DNA of 64,000 nucleotides from Octopus sinensis (Eukaryota), in assembly GCF_006345805.1 (NCBI RefSeq), contig NC_043001.1, forward strand, positions 38,068,001 to 38,132,000, written 5' to 3'. Below are positions 49,449 through 62,932 of the stretch, in pieces. Position 1 is the stretch's first letter, and every line of letters starts with the position of its first letter. A program made the translations under genes and the position numbers. Below the pieces are notes generated by a model. The model did no database searches and was not told the DNA's origin. It saw only the letters and a program-made list of their open reading frames with translations.

Positions 49449-50290
49449 AAGGCGGCGAGCTGGCAGAAACGTTAGCAAGCCGAGCGAAATGTCTTTACAT
49501 TCTGAGTTCAAATTCCGCCGAGGTCGACTTTGCCTTTCATCCTTTCGTGGTCGATAAATTAAGTACCAGTTACACACTGTGGTTGATGTAATTGACTTAA
49601 TCCCTTTGTCTGTCCTTGTTTGTCCCCTCTATGTTTATCCCCTTGTAGGCAATAAAGAAATAAGAAACGTTAGCAAGCCGGGCGAAATGCTTACCAGTAT
49701 TTCATCTGTCTTTATGTTCTGAGTTCAAATTTCGCCGAGGTCGACTTTGCCTTTCATCCTTTTAAAAGGCGGCGAGCTGGCAGAAACGTTAGCACGCCGG
49801 CCGAAATGCGTAGCCGTATTTCGTCTGTCGCTGCGTTCTGAGCTCAAATTCCGCCGAGGTCGACTTTGCCTTTCATCGTTTCGGAGTCGATTAAATTAAG
49901 TACCAGTTACGCACTGGGTCGACTTAATCTGTTTGTCTGTCCTGTGTTTAGCCCCTTGTGCGTAGTAAAGAAATAGGTATTAAAGGCGGCGAGCTGGCAC
50001 AAACGTTAGCATACCGGGCGAAATGCGTAGCCATATTTCGTCTGCCGTTACGTTCTGAGTTCAAATTCCGCCGAGGTCGACTTTGCCTTTCATCCTTTCG
50101 GGGTCGATGAAATTAAGTACCAGTTACGCACTGGGGTCGATATAATCGACTTAATCCGTTTGTCATCTCTATGTTTAGCCCCTTGTGGGTAGTAAAGAAA
50201 GAGGTATTTCGTCTGTCTTTACTTCTGAGTTCAAATTCCGCCAAGGTCGACTTACCCTTTCATCTTTTAGGGGTCGATAAATTAAGGGAT
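49449..50290 (+). mobile_element. Tandem array of about five family-B SINE modules
   Basis: aaggcggcgagctggca heads at 49449, 49766 and 49983; headless modules at ~49664 and ~50203. Each carries gagttcaaattccgccgaggtcgactttgcctttcatc or a close variant. Confidence 0.92.
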
Positions 50291-51962
50291 CTCGTCTTTC
50301 TGATTCGCAAAATGAGACCTATGAGGTTTTCATTACGATCAACCAATTACTTTATCTTGTAAATTAAAGAATCTGATGTTATTTGGCATTAAAGTCAGGA
50401 AATTTGTGTAATTTTAGTCAATCAACAAACAGCGTGGCATCAGCAGCTTGTTACCATGACAACCATACGCAGCGTTGTGATTCACTGTTTGTGTCGTTGT
50501 TGTCTATTTTTATTATTTTTACATTTAATTCTCCACACCCCGAGATTCTTTTCACCCGCGTTTTGTTTTAACTTCTCTGTCTTGTTAGTATATTACATTT
50601 TTCTGTGCGCTAGTATTTTAAATACTAACACACAGAAAAATACTAAGTTGGCTGTCTACGCCTGTTTATATCGAGCACAAACTTACACGAAGTGCAGACG
50701 TCAACGTGTTGTTTAATATATATCTCAGGAAAAACAGCCTTCTTATATTCAATAAGTTTGGTGGCACCCTGGTGATACATAGTGGAAAACGTAAAACCGT
50801 CTATAATTGTATTGTTATATTAATTACCAGGTGACCCACGCCGATTATATCGAGTATAAGCTTACACGAAGTATAGGTGGGTGTGTTTTATATAAGTACA
50901 TTAATATATTTCAATATTTGCTAAGTTTTGTGGTATTTTCGTAGTACTTATAACTGTATTGATACATATATTAAATACCAAGGTTGCTCTCGATTTGGCT
51001 GGTTATCCACGCCGGGTATACCGAACACAAACTTACATAATGTACAGTTAGATGTGTGTGTCTGTATGAAGAGATAGCTGAAGTGGAATTGTGTGACAAT
51101 CATGCATTTCTTAAATGAGGAAGAACAAATACTCCATCGCGATTCTTCCAAATTCTTTAACTTTGTCACGACAACGAAGTTTCTAAGGAAGAAAACGTCC
51201 AAAGTACATGTGGTGTATATATAAACTATATATTGTTCATAGAAAATATTTATAAGTTGTTAAAATATAGTTTTCTTTATCGTGCGTGTGTGAAAATCAA
51301 ACAAACTCAAGAATGACCTCTCCACTTTTTCATTCTTCGATCCAAAACAATTTTTTTCTCCTCCCACAGAGAAATTAAGTTTAGAAACATGTGTGTATAT
51401 TTCAACATTTGAGTTAAACATCTCTTATTACCCTCATTTTTTAAAAGTATTTTAATTGCAAATTAAGGAGATTTCTCACAACATTAATTTGTGTAAATAT
51501 AATCAGCAATTCAGCATTAATAATAGAAGCTGCGTTGCTAACTAGGAACATTTCCCAAAAACATAAGATACAGATATTTTTCTGACAAATTGTTTGTTGA
51601 CTAGTGTTATTGTAGTTTACAAAACCAAGCGTGAAAACTTTACTCAACTTTGAAGTGTTTGAGACAGACGCCCCACTTCTCACACACACACACACACACT
51701 TACATATTAATGATGTACACAAATACATGACAGGTAATAATACTGAAATACGCATAAGCACATGCAGACAATATATTAATAAAACAAATAAAACCATAGT
51801 CAATGAAGAGACAAAAGGAACAGTAAGATGATACATGTTGATTTTATTAGGTTTTTCAGTTTATTTAGAAACCTACAACGAACAGGTCAGATGCTAAACT
51901 CTAAATTTCAAAGGGTAGAATCTTAAAGTTAACACCGCTCCGACAAACGCAGAAAATTTCTA

Positions 51963-52355
51963 GGATCTTTTCAGTTTGAACGGTAGTTTTTTTTTTCTGG
52001 CGGTGTCATGAAATTGTCACCCATAATTATGACCCTAGTATCGATCTATTGCATTTCAACCTGTTTTAGGCTTGGGGGGGGGGGTTATCTTTTTTTTTCC
52101 CCAAATGTAAATAAACCCAATCTGTTTCTTAAACGAGGGACATATTCATACGGCACAGAATGTTTTCACCTTCAATAGACGTCATTGATTGGTAGAAATT
52201 GCAGAACAAAATATCTTACAACCATAGAATTTTCTCAATAAAGCCAAGAGAAAAAGATGTTTTATAAACACATTCTACCAGTATACGAAGTTTAAAAGTG
52301 TTTAGTTACGTGGAAATTATTTTAAAAAAAACTGCCGTTCAAACCGAAAAGATCC
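51963..52355 (+). mobile_element. Monomeric copy of the element forming the 43894-44775 foldback
   Basis: Imperfect TIRs ggatctttttcagtttgaacggtag and ctgccgttcaaaccgaaaagatcc. The interior is colinear with 44291-44775. Confidence 0.88.
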
Positions 52356-53759
52356 AATTTCTATCTCACTGTTGGCTAAAATTATAGTTTTTTTTCGATT
52401 TTTAAGCCTCGAACTTTTTTTCTCCACAACATATCTTCAAAGCGATGCTGGAAGGCTGTAGTCGATTTTCAAAATTTTTTACTGTCTTAAAAGAAAAAAA
52501 AAATACATATTTTGCTAATGAAAAAAAAACTAGATCCAATTAAGTACCAGTTGTGTACTGGGGCCAATCTAATCGACGGGGCTCCTCCAAAGTTTTTGGG
52601 CCTTACGCCTAGAGAGAGAGAGAAAAAAACCCCACAAAACCACTCGTAAAAATGGATGGTGTTCAGCCATAGAAACCGCACTAAAAGCAGACAGTAAAGC
52701 ATGATGCAGTTTTTAAGCCAGTCTAATGAGGTCAAACAGTTTAACTCATGGATGTAGATAACAGATTTTTGTTAGGGACTGCAATTCGTCAACCAAGATA
52801 CCACTGAACTAGATGGATTACACTGGGCAGAGTTAAAAATACGAATTGAGACAAATAACAGAGCTGAGAGAATTTCTTGCTGGTGATCCAATTCTTGGAT
52901 GTAAAGAAGGTAATTCAAACGCAGCTGAACATGTGAATCTGAAATAACCAGATGTAACCACTAAAAACAATTTTACCTGCTCTAGGATATAGGATTCATT
53001 TCTAAATGCAAACTTAGTTTACAATAATCTGTACATAATCCATAATAAAATACTGAAGAGAAAACTGAAGCAAGATAAGTGGAATACCACTGATAATTGC
53101 TGAATGAAAATATCTAGAGCAAGTGTTTTGCAACAGTCTTACTAGAATCACTTTCTATACATTTGTCAGCATAAATGTATAAAAAAAAATTCATGTGAAA
53201 GCTGCAGAACTAGACAAACCAGTGGGCGTTTTTTTTTTTTTTTCTTTTGATAAGATTCTACTTCTGCAACAAAATCGAAATCAGCTATTTCTCATGACAG
53301 TGACCATCCCTAAAATATCTTAACTAAATGACCTAATTAAAAATAACTGAACACAAATGGTAGGTTGTGACATCTTTGAATCTTAACCTAAAACTGTTTT
53401 TAGATTGAAGCAGAGATTATGATTAAAAAAAAAACTCAGACAAGGTTTTGGGACGTGTCATTGTAAGCCATCTTGGGCAATTGCTCTCCACTATAACCTT
53501 TGGGCCACCAAGTTCTTGCAAGCGCAAGGCATCTAGTATTGGCTTAGAGACTCATGAATAACACTTTTAGAGAGAAAAAAAAAGTGGATAGTTCTCAATT
53601 TGGGTAAACCACTCAGTGTGGTACTCTAGTATGGTCACAACCAAGTAAAACCAGTTAGCATAAATTTTGAAAGGTATACCAGAAAATACATTAACCAAAT
53701 AGCACCCTATAGGTATCTAATCATTTGAAGGTTTTAAAATGAAAAAAAATTTCCATCTG

Positions 53760-53940
53760 GAACAAAATTGCAGTTGCAGCAGACACTGGTGTCATGCAAA
53801 TGGCACATAAAAGCATGTATTACATTCTCAGATAGGTTGGCATTAGGAAAGGAATCCAGCCATAGAAAACCATACCAAATCAGACTGGAGCCTGGTGCAG
53901 CCTTCCAGTGTGCCAGCATGGACAACAGACGTTAAATAAA
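53760..53940 (+). mobile_element. RTE 3'-UTR fragment
   Basis: ggttggcattaggaaaggaatccagc...ggagcctggtgcagccttc...gacgttaa, matching 20920-21090. Confidence 0.75.
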
Positions 53941-54379
53941 AATCTTAAATTCCATATTTATGCATTTTAATAAAATATTGCTTTTGTTCACTTCATTATC
54001 ACAGTACCTGACCTCAAGAATCACAATGGTTACTTCTATTCTTAACCTTTTAAAGTTATCCTGTGGTGTACACCATTTATGAGAACTGAAATACTTACAC
54101 ATTTCATTATATTAAAACTTTTTTTTTTTTGCTTAGTACTTCATTAATTTCAATTATCTTTTGAATTACACAAGGACAATGGAGTACGATCACATGCACA
54201 AATCAAGTGACAGTGAAGTTTCTCTTGAGCTAATAGAAAGAATGGAAGAAAATTCTAAGTTATGGAGCAACAAAATTATGAAATAAATAGAAATCAATTA
54301 GAATTGTTAAAAGCAAAATTCCAGTATACAATCATATTTTAAACGTATGTATTGGGGGTACCCAAAAGAAACTAACTTT

Positions 54380-55110
54380 GCAATGTTATTCACTTAGTTT
54401 TACACGTTTAATTTTGCTGCCTTCAGGGTATTCTCTATTTAAAGCAATGCACTGGTCCAGGCACATTTTCAACTGTTCAAAGCAGTACTGGAACCCTTTT
54501 AATGCCACCATAATTCCATCTTCACCTCTGCAAATTCCATAGTGTCCCTTCAATTCATGACTGCAGTTGATATGCGAGCAAGCAAGGAGCAAATTTTGCA
54601 CTCTTTTCATATGCAATTCCTCACTCAAAACTCATTAATGAGAGCTCCAGGACACACCAATCATATCAAGTTCGTCAATTGTTCAGTGACAGAGTTCTGG
54701 TATTTTCAATTGTTTAAGAGGCCGATGGCTGCCCTGAACGAAGCTGGTCCTCAAGCAACAAGTGAAAACCACTCGAACTTGTGTTTTGCTTATGGCAGCA
54801 TTGTTGTAAGCTGTTTGAAGCAATGACAACTGTTTCGGCCGCTGTTTTCCAGGCAAAAAACAGAATTTCATGGAAGCTCACCTGTCTTTTGTAATGGATA
54901 AAATGAAGGAACAAGGGAGAAGCACTGCAAGAAATATAACCCCACTGGATGGTGCTGGTCAGAAGAAGTCTGAACGAGTTTGTCCCACAATGTCTCCAGC
55001 TGCTTTTGGACACCTGGTATGTATGTATATGTCTACCGTAAACTTTGTTAATAATGAATCAATAAGTTCATAAAATTGAAGATCAAATTTGTGACAACTG
55101 TTCTCAAATC
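54380..55110 (-). mobile_element. Decayed mariner transposase
   Basis: MKFCFLPGKTAAETV; LEDQLRSGQPSAS; FQYCFEQLKMCLDQCIALNREYPEG, resembling the mariner C-terminal RWxKCIxxxGEYFE motif. Confidence 0.75.
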
Positions 55111-55449
55111 ACCTAAAATCAGTACAAATTTATCAAAATTAAATAACTTATTGCATTTATATAAAATCCTTAATAATGTGTAAATCAGATACGCTATAAG
55201 AAACTGGATTTACAGAGAGTGGGGAATAAACCTCGACTCAACTATCATAGACAATTACCTCTCACAATTGTTATCTGCAACCTGAAGTAAACACGTCAGC
55301 TTCAATCCGAACATAAAAAAAAAACATTTTACAATTATATACACATTCCTAAAACAAAAATCCAGTTCCACCCATTTAAAAGGAAACTATAATGGTAAAC
55401 ACAAAAAAGAAATTAACAAAATTGAAAGTTAACTAAGTCAAAATATGTC

Positions 55450-55455
55450 TTTATT
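55450..55455 (-). terminator. Candidate AATAAA polyadenylation signal for NAP1
   Basis: tttatt on the plus strand, about 600 nt downstream of the stop codon. Other candidates exist (e.g. ~55663). Confidence 0.4.
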
Positions 55456-56057
55456 CAAAGAATATTCCAGAAAAGATTGCATGGAGAGGGTCAATTTTTA
55501 AAATTTTTTCTTTTTTTTTTGCACAAAATAAATTTCCAATGTTTTGACTTAAACATGGTTAAAAACCTGTAGCTATGGCCAAGGAATCAAGTGCACAGAC
55601 AGAAAGATTAAAATAAAACAAATAAGTAGACCATGAAAAGCACACGTGCACAACATTGGAAGTTTATTTTGTTCAGTTTCTAGAAGCAGCTTTTATCCCT
55701 CATGTTCTTCTCTTTGAGAAAGAGATTAAGCACAAGAAAATTCAAGTTAATTTATAAAGGAATAAGATATTCCTTGAAGTGTTCTTGGTCACAATATCTT
55801 AATCTTTGGTAAGGTGAAGAAAAAAAAAACCAACTTCTATTTCATGTCTGGTTAATTGTAACCCACCTCAATCAGTCTTAACAGGTCAGTTTTTATATGC
55901 CAACACTGTAAACTGAGAAAAAAAACTTCTCAATTTCCCACCCTCCCCATTTATAATATTTGACATTGCAGAATGAAGAGTGGTGACCCATTATTGGTCA
56001 AATGTTCCTTTGGCCATTTTCTAAGTTGATGGTTTCAGTTTGACATCTCACACTGGT

Positions 56058-56093
56058 TCATTGTTGCTTACAGTCCTTCTTCCCTTGATCGGA
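56058..56093 (-). CDS. NAP1: NAP1 last coding exon (SDQGKKDCKQQ*)
   Basis: Acceptor ctttttcag|TCC and TGA at 56058-56060. The C-terminal CKQQ matches human NAP1L1. Confidence 0.92.
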   Translation of the reverse strand, partial: SDQGKKDCKQQ

Positions 56094-57725
56094 CTGAAAA
56101 AGGAAAAGTTCAGATATAAGTTCTAAATGCATAATCTAACTTATATCATTTTACAATCAGGTCTTTGAATTCTATTTAAGAACTAAGATGTTATAAAGAG
56201 TTAACATTTTAAAATTTCTATCAAATTTGAGGTTTACATGACTTAAAGTATGACCAAAGAATTTGTCTTCCTAAAGAGGCCAGGTTTTGAATCAGAGCAA
56301 CTGTGCTGTATATATAGTTTCAGTTTTGAGTACACTCAGTGCTAAGAAGAACAAGGAGTTACTACACTAGCAGTTTTTACTACACATTTTCACAGGAATG
56401 CAAAAGAATGACAAATTGTAGCTGTAACTGGATTGAAGTTCAGATACTCTTCGCTATGAAATACCATGTTCACTACCCAGCAGCATTACTCTAAGAAATA
56501 AAAATGTCAAAAATCAGCATGGGTATTTTCTAATTAGCCCGATGACTTCTGTTGCAAACCCGCAGTTTTTCACACCTTTAAAAATATGAAATCAGGTAAT
56601 TTGGCTCACGACAAAACCACTAGGAGCAACTGAGTGCAAATGTAAACAAACACAGCAGGCTTCTAGGTTCTGCCTCCCAAATTCACTCACAAAGCCTATG
56701 TATGGCTGGGGGCTATATAAAACTCCAAGGTACTCAGCAGTGGGACTGAACCAAAACTCACACAGCTAGGAAGCAAACCTAACTGCACATCCATGCATGC
56801 ACCTTTATAAATCGAATTTAAAGCCGAGAGCCCCCCCCCCCCAATGATACCTATTCAAATACTTAAATTGTGTACCTGCTGTGTGAAATAAAAATTTAAA
56901 CCATCACAAGGTGAAGTAGTATTGTCAGTATAATCCAACACCAAGCCAATTAATTGGGTGTACCAAAGTTGTGTTATTAATGATTAAAAGTTGGGCACTT
57001 TGATTAGGCAGTTAAAATAAATTCAAAAAATAGAAAGCACCATTACATTAGTAATGTTAGACCAAGTTTACATCAATGTTACAAGAATTCCGATTTAGGT
57101 CAGAAATCACTTGAGGAAAAAAAAACAAAAAAACTAGTAATTTCCTTTTAGTAGACATATTGGATTTAAATGTTACTCTCAGTTTTACAGACATCACTAA
57201 TCTAATATTTGGGCTATTTTTAGCTTACTGGTTTATGAAAACTTACACATTTAAAAATATTAATCCAACTAAGCCTTGTACATAGACTAAATAAGGAATG
57301 GAGCTAAAAAATGTTTTTTTTTTAATCTAATATACAAAACTGTAACGAAATAGGTTTAAAAAATTTTCTTTACATTATCTGAAATTACTTGGAAATGGCA
57401 TTAACTTATTCTAGATACTGTTTAGCAGAGCAATAAAATACCCAATCCATTATGTCTAGTGATTAAGCATTTATTCCTTATCTCACACTCTCTCTCTCTA
57501 TATATATATATATTTTGAAGATTAGATTTACAAGAAACTCCACACCAAGTCAAATTTGAACAGAACTAAGACATGACCGAAGGAAAAATCATTCAAGATG
57601 ACAACCAATTTCTAATAAGAAACATCCTTTCCACACTCACTACCATTAATTTGTAAAAGTTCCCTCAAAAAGGACAAATAAAATGGTTAGTGTTAAAAAT
57701 CATGTTAGGTGTTTTGAGGTCTTAC

Positions 57726-57776
57726 CTCAGGATTATAGTCTGGGTCATTTTCTCCATCATACTCGTCACCTTCATG
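57726..57776 (-). CDS. NAP1: NAP1 exon (HEGDEYDGENDPDYNPE)
   Basis: cctttcag|CAT ... GAG|gtaag; 51 nt, phase 0-0. ENDPDY matches NAP1L1 ENDPDYDP. Confidence 0.93.
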
Positions 57777-59949
57777 CTGAAAGGAAGCAAAGACAGCCCA
57801 TGCAACAAGTGTGCACTTTAACTAGCAAATTAAAGCAGGACAACAGACATGCCAGGATACCAATCACCACAACTTTACATTAACATAGCAACACCCATTC
57901 AGACACCTAACCTGTCTTTAAAGACCACAACAAATTAACACACATACCTATGCTGAAATACTCTAGTCTCATGTGTGTCCAGTGGCCATCTAATCAGAGG
58001 ACCAAAATTGAAAATCTAAACAGGCTCTTCTATGCAAGTGTTCTAATATACAAAAGTAATGTGCAAGAATGAAAACAGGAGAAAAGTGGGCAACTAGGAA
58101 CTACAGTAAGACTACAACCAGTGTCCTTATCTTAGGATACCCACCAGTGATAAAATATAAACAGGAGGGATTGTGGACAAAATTACAATGCCAGATCTGG
58201 AACAATCAATAAAGCTTCAAAGACCACTAAACAAAATGCTATAGACAATATTTGAAAAATGTTAAAATTTTTAAATATACAAAAAGATAGCATTTAAGTG
58301 AGCATATGCAAAGGTTCATTTAACCGCTAGTAATAAAAATACACTTGGCTTTCCTTATACTATGAGCAGGAGTGTGGAGTAAAAAAAAAAAAAAAAAGCA
58401 AAAGCCCCATCATTTAATATTTCATTTAGAAAATTCATCTTGGCTGCTAATGATTAATCCATTTACCTTAGCTTGAACAAATTTTGCAAATCTAATGAGA
58501 AAAAATCCATGAAAGGTAATATCACTGCACTAACAATGATAAAAGTAAATATTAAAAACCCAGAAATGGCATGTGAAGGACAAGCAATGGTGCTCCAACA
58601 AGTTACATTAATTTATATTAGGTATTATACACTTGGAATAGTACTTACAATAGATTGTAAAGAAGTTTCACTGTCATCTTCACACAACTATGAAGATCCA
58701 ACAAGTATATAGTGTTCCCTATCCCCTATTTGTCTGCATCTAAAACTGAGGGAATAAAATAATAAAATATAGCTAAGTTAATTTATGAAAAATTCTGGGG
58801 CCACATTGCTCGTCGTTATACACACTTGGATGTTAAAAAACAAAACAAAAAAAAAAGAGGGAAAAATTGCTAAGTTAATGAACCCAACATAATCACTTTA
58901 TTTTAAAATTACAAGCCTAAAAAGAAAATTAACATAAATAAGTATTTAAAAGTTACATTTTAATTTCATGCAACAAAAACATCCTGACTAGTATAAAAAC
59001 TGGGTAAGAAATTAAAATTTTACGCTACAATACAGTCAAAGTAGAAACTTGCCAGGTTAAAAAATTTTTTTTAAAAGCCCACAAAACGGAATAGACTGAA
59101 TATTTTGCTGAGTCCTTTACAGGGTCACCACTTTAAGCCTGAAACAATTTCAGATCAGACTTGCAAACATTGCCAAGAGGGGTATTCTTTAAAATGATTA
59201 ATTGTGCTCCTCTCATTAGTTCGAAAAATAAGTCTTGCAACCACCCTTGTATAACACCTAGAGCCTAGCAGCTTTTCACACTAACGCAATATGAAAAAAA
59301 GGAAACCACAATATGTAGGCTCAAATTATTCCTCAAATGAGAGGAACCACTGTATTGAACAGGTTGCTTAGCCACTACTGTGATTTTGAGAAAAAAACCT
59401 AATATAAAAATTTAGCATACAACTAGAATCATAGAAGATTCAAAATCAACAAGAAGATCATGACTAGTATAAAATCAAATATCCGCAATCTAAACATTAA
59501 GTAAAAATTGCTTTTCATTAATGATCAGAACAGACTGGCAATGAAGTCATTTTCATTCTGGAAGTTAGACACCTCAAATTTGTAGAATGATAAATTTTAT
59601 GAGAAATTGAACGGCTGTTTTGGGGAAACTTTTCTTCCTCCAACCACATTTGATGGCTTGACAAGTGACAGTCTACAGATTACAACATTACAAAGTAACA
59701 ATTTCATCTATTTGGGTATTTATAAATGGCCTTTAGCTTCAAAAATTGCTATGACTACATGGACGAACAATTTATCACAATGTTAGGAAAATAAAGGTGT
59801 ATAACAATAAGGGGAATATATAATTTTACACAAACACACACAAAGGGTTGTTCTGAATAGAATCAAAAATTGGAATAACTTATCTACTGACATACGTTGT
59901 TCAAATTGCACATGTTGGTACTGTAGCTTCTTCCTGTTCTCCATTGCAG

Positions 59950-60640
59950 GTAAATAATAGATCCCAAACAGAAGCAATGTGAAGTCAAAGTTCTTGATGT
60001 AGGAGAGGTGCAGGCAGGCCAACATCCTTAGAAGGCTACAGGTTGTTTAGAGAGGACACCACCGAGAGCCATGTATACAGATAAAGTTCAAAGAAAGAAA
60101 ACTTGCATTGAAGACCAACTACACAATGGGAAACCAACTGTGAACACTGAAATGAACTGCCAGCAAGTGGACAAATTGATTAAGACAGACAAGCCACAAA
60201 CTGTGGGCTTGCTGCACACTTGGTCCTACTTCACAGTGCATAAGAGAAGACTGAATACTGGAAAGCTTGCATATAGAGAATACTTGAGCATTTGACATGG
60301 AATTTAAGGGGTAGAAGTTTGCTGATCTACTGGAAATAATTCAAGGCAGTGGAGACCTCACACACTATCTCATGAAATATGACATCTAGATTTATGATCA
60401 ACAGAGAAACAGTCCATGGAATGGACACCACACCTGCTCTCCATGACTTACGAAACTCAAAAACAAAGCAGTCATGAGATTAAAGTGACTCGTGCATTAA
60501 GGACAACAGTGCATGCTTGAATTTTTTCAAAGGGCTCGTAAGTTGGGCTCAATGAGGTACAAATTTATCACTTGAGATGGTGACTTCAAAAGCACACTTG
60601 TATAGAGGGAGAGTTACTCTACAAAAACATGCAGTTGAAC
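59950..60640 (+). mobile_element. Very old mariner remnant in a NAP1 intron
   Basis: TCIEDQLHNGKPTVNTEMNCQQVDKLIKTDKPQTV resembles the mariner segment SIEDxPRSGRP...VDxLIRxDRRxTV. Confidence 0.4.
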
Positions 60641-62395
60641 CTATATCAGTTAACACAAATTTATGTCCACTTTTGCATTTCTAAGAAAACCTTTTAGTGT
60701 TTTAATGTCTAGCTTCTATGACTCGGATAAGTGAAGTGTAAGTTGAGGAATTTTTTTATGGTTAGATGTCAACCAAACTCATTTCCAAGCAAGGACTCCA
60801 AGTGTATCAAACACAGCCTGGACATTGCTAAGCAGAGAACATATACAGGCAGGATATGGTCTACATCCAGCAAATGAGAGGATGTCTGAACTCAACCCAC
60901 CCCCTCCATACCAAATCCGCTCACTAAGCTCTAGTCAACTCAAGGGTGTAGACACGATGTCAGACAGTGGGATTGAACTCAAAACCACCTGTACCTCTCA
61001 AAAGTATTACTAATAGGAATCTACAGCATTCACCAAAAACAACGATTTGCTCACAAAATTGGCAGTTCTACCCCTTAACTACAATACATACAATAATTTA
61101 CGGGTTTGGCTAGGTTAGTGAAAACTCTTTGGTGAGCCTTGCAGAATGGGCCGCTAATAAGATTTTGCTTAGAAAATATTTGGAGAACCAGACAGCTAAT
61201 CATCACACCATCAGCCACTCCAGTCAAACAAGGTATTATTTTACTTTTTATTCTTTCTTTAATTGGGTTCATTGAAATATAGAAGATTATACATAACTTT
61301 GTATCATATACAGTAAGGGTTCAGAGCATGTTAAAATCAATTTTATCCCAAGTATTTCAAACGAATCAGAAAATAAGATGTAACATAAACACTCCCTAAT
61401 TATTGATTGTCAAATGATTATCAGAAAAGACTTGTTCAACTAAAACCTGAATGGAAAAGCCTGCCAATAGACTTGCATTTCTTATTCCAACAATAACTGT
61501 GCTTAAGTGATACCAATGTACCCCTTAACCATAGTCTGAAAATTACAATTGTCAAACCAATGGTCAAGCAGTGGGATTATCACTTGGATGCATAAAGCCT
61601 AGCAAGAACACATTTTAACACTCATGCTCAAGTGTGCACTTCAATGGATAACAACTAATTCTGATGAAACAAGCAGAAAAATTAAGATGAACTAGTATCA
61701 CAAACATTGTAACTGAACTGAACTGTTAAATTATAGGGATGTCAATTCATAAAATTTGAAGAACAAAACACCTTTTGGTAAGAAAGGGTACCATACGGAT
61801 GGCATAATCCAAATATGCAAAAACAAACCCAAAGCTATAGCGAAGAGAATAAATCTTAGCTCTTGATTTATAGTAAACATAATACAGATATTTTCCACAG
61901 CACTCCTAGTCATACAAAGTATTTCTTGAATATACTGAAGTGGTGAAAGCAATTGTTGCATGAAAACCCTTCCCACCTGTTATAGTAGAAAACTGAAGAA
62001 AAAGCTAGTCAGAATTTATCTATTAAAAAGAAAAGAAAAAAAAAAAACCAAATGAAGGATTTGCAATTATTGTTCTAAATATGGTGCACAATTAACATTC
62101 TATTTTAATTATTTTATTTGGAGTATTCTTTAGTCTGTAGTTGCTGACAATTTTATACGAATGAAATTTAATTACTAAGTGACAGTTAACTGATAATTTA
62201 TGATGGCTTACTATGTGAAAAATTTTAACCAGGAAGCACTTTCAGTCTGTAGAATTAGGTATACGAACACTAAAGAATTAAGTAGTTTCAGATTCTCTAG
62301 GGAACTGATAAAATTTTTAGTGAAACAATATTTCATTTTAAAACTAATCTAGATACATGTTAAAGTCTCTCAAACTAATTTAAGCATTAACTTAC

Positions 62396-62422
62396 CTCCT
62401 CTTCATCACCCTCCTCTTCATA
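62396..62422 (-). CDS. NAP1: NAP1 27-nt acidic microexon (YEEEGDEEE)
   Basis: catttcag|TAT ... GAG|gtaagt; phase 0-0. Confidence 0.9.
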
Positions 62423-62932
62423 CTGAAATGAAAAAAAATTTATGCAAATAAAATTGTAAAACAATACCTTGAAGCATAAAAGTCAAAAACTTCCTTTAAG
62501 AATTCTCTATACAAACTAAATTTATGTCACATTTTCCCCCTGTGCTATGTTACAAATAACTAGAATATTGACAGTTCAATATAATTTGATAATGTTACTG
62601 ATGTAAGCAAGTAGATGTATCAAAGAATGAAGTAATCTGTTGACTAGCACTGTATTAAGTATGGTGGTGAGGGGGGATAAAGCTGTGACAGAACAGTATT
62701 CAATTGAGAATGTAATTTAAAATTTATATTTGATTTCCAGAACGAAAAATTAAGACTGTATATTTCAGACTTTACCCGTAGAATAGTTATGAGAGAATTC
62801 ATAAGACAGATCTTTATATGAAACCAATTAATGGTTTACGAAACAAATTTAAAGATTTTAGAATTTAATTAAAATAAGAGAACAGTCACAAATATAACAA
62901 TGGGTTAGAGAACAGGAGGAATCAATATTTAC

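Noticed and set aside
52770-52900. Exon-like segment after ttttgttag (GLQFVNQDTTELDGLHWAELKIRIET...)
   Set aside because: No homology recognised, an in-frame stop comes before any donor, and there are no partner exons.
54179-54286. 35-aa peptide with a faint MADF-like start (LELIERMEENSKLW)
   Set aside because: Too short and too weak to support a call.
62590-62697. H/ACA snoRNA candidate in a NAP1 intron (AGATTA H-box-like sequence, ACA near the 3' end)
   Set aside because: The second hairpin is weak and these boxes occur often by chance. It would need snoGPS or Infernal support.
62858-62932. C-terminal extension VNIDSSCSLTHCYICDCSLILIKF* in the ORF track
   Set aside because: It is read-through past a canonical donor (GAT|gtaaat), and downstream exons already supply the conserved tail.
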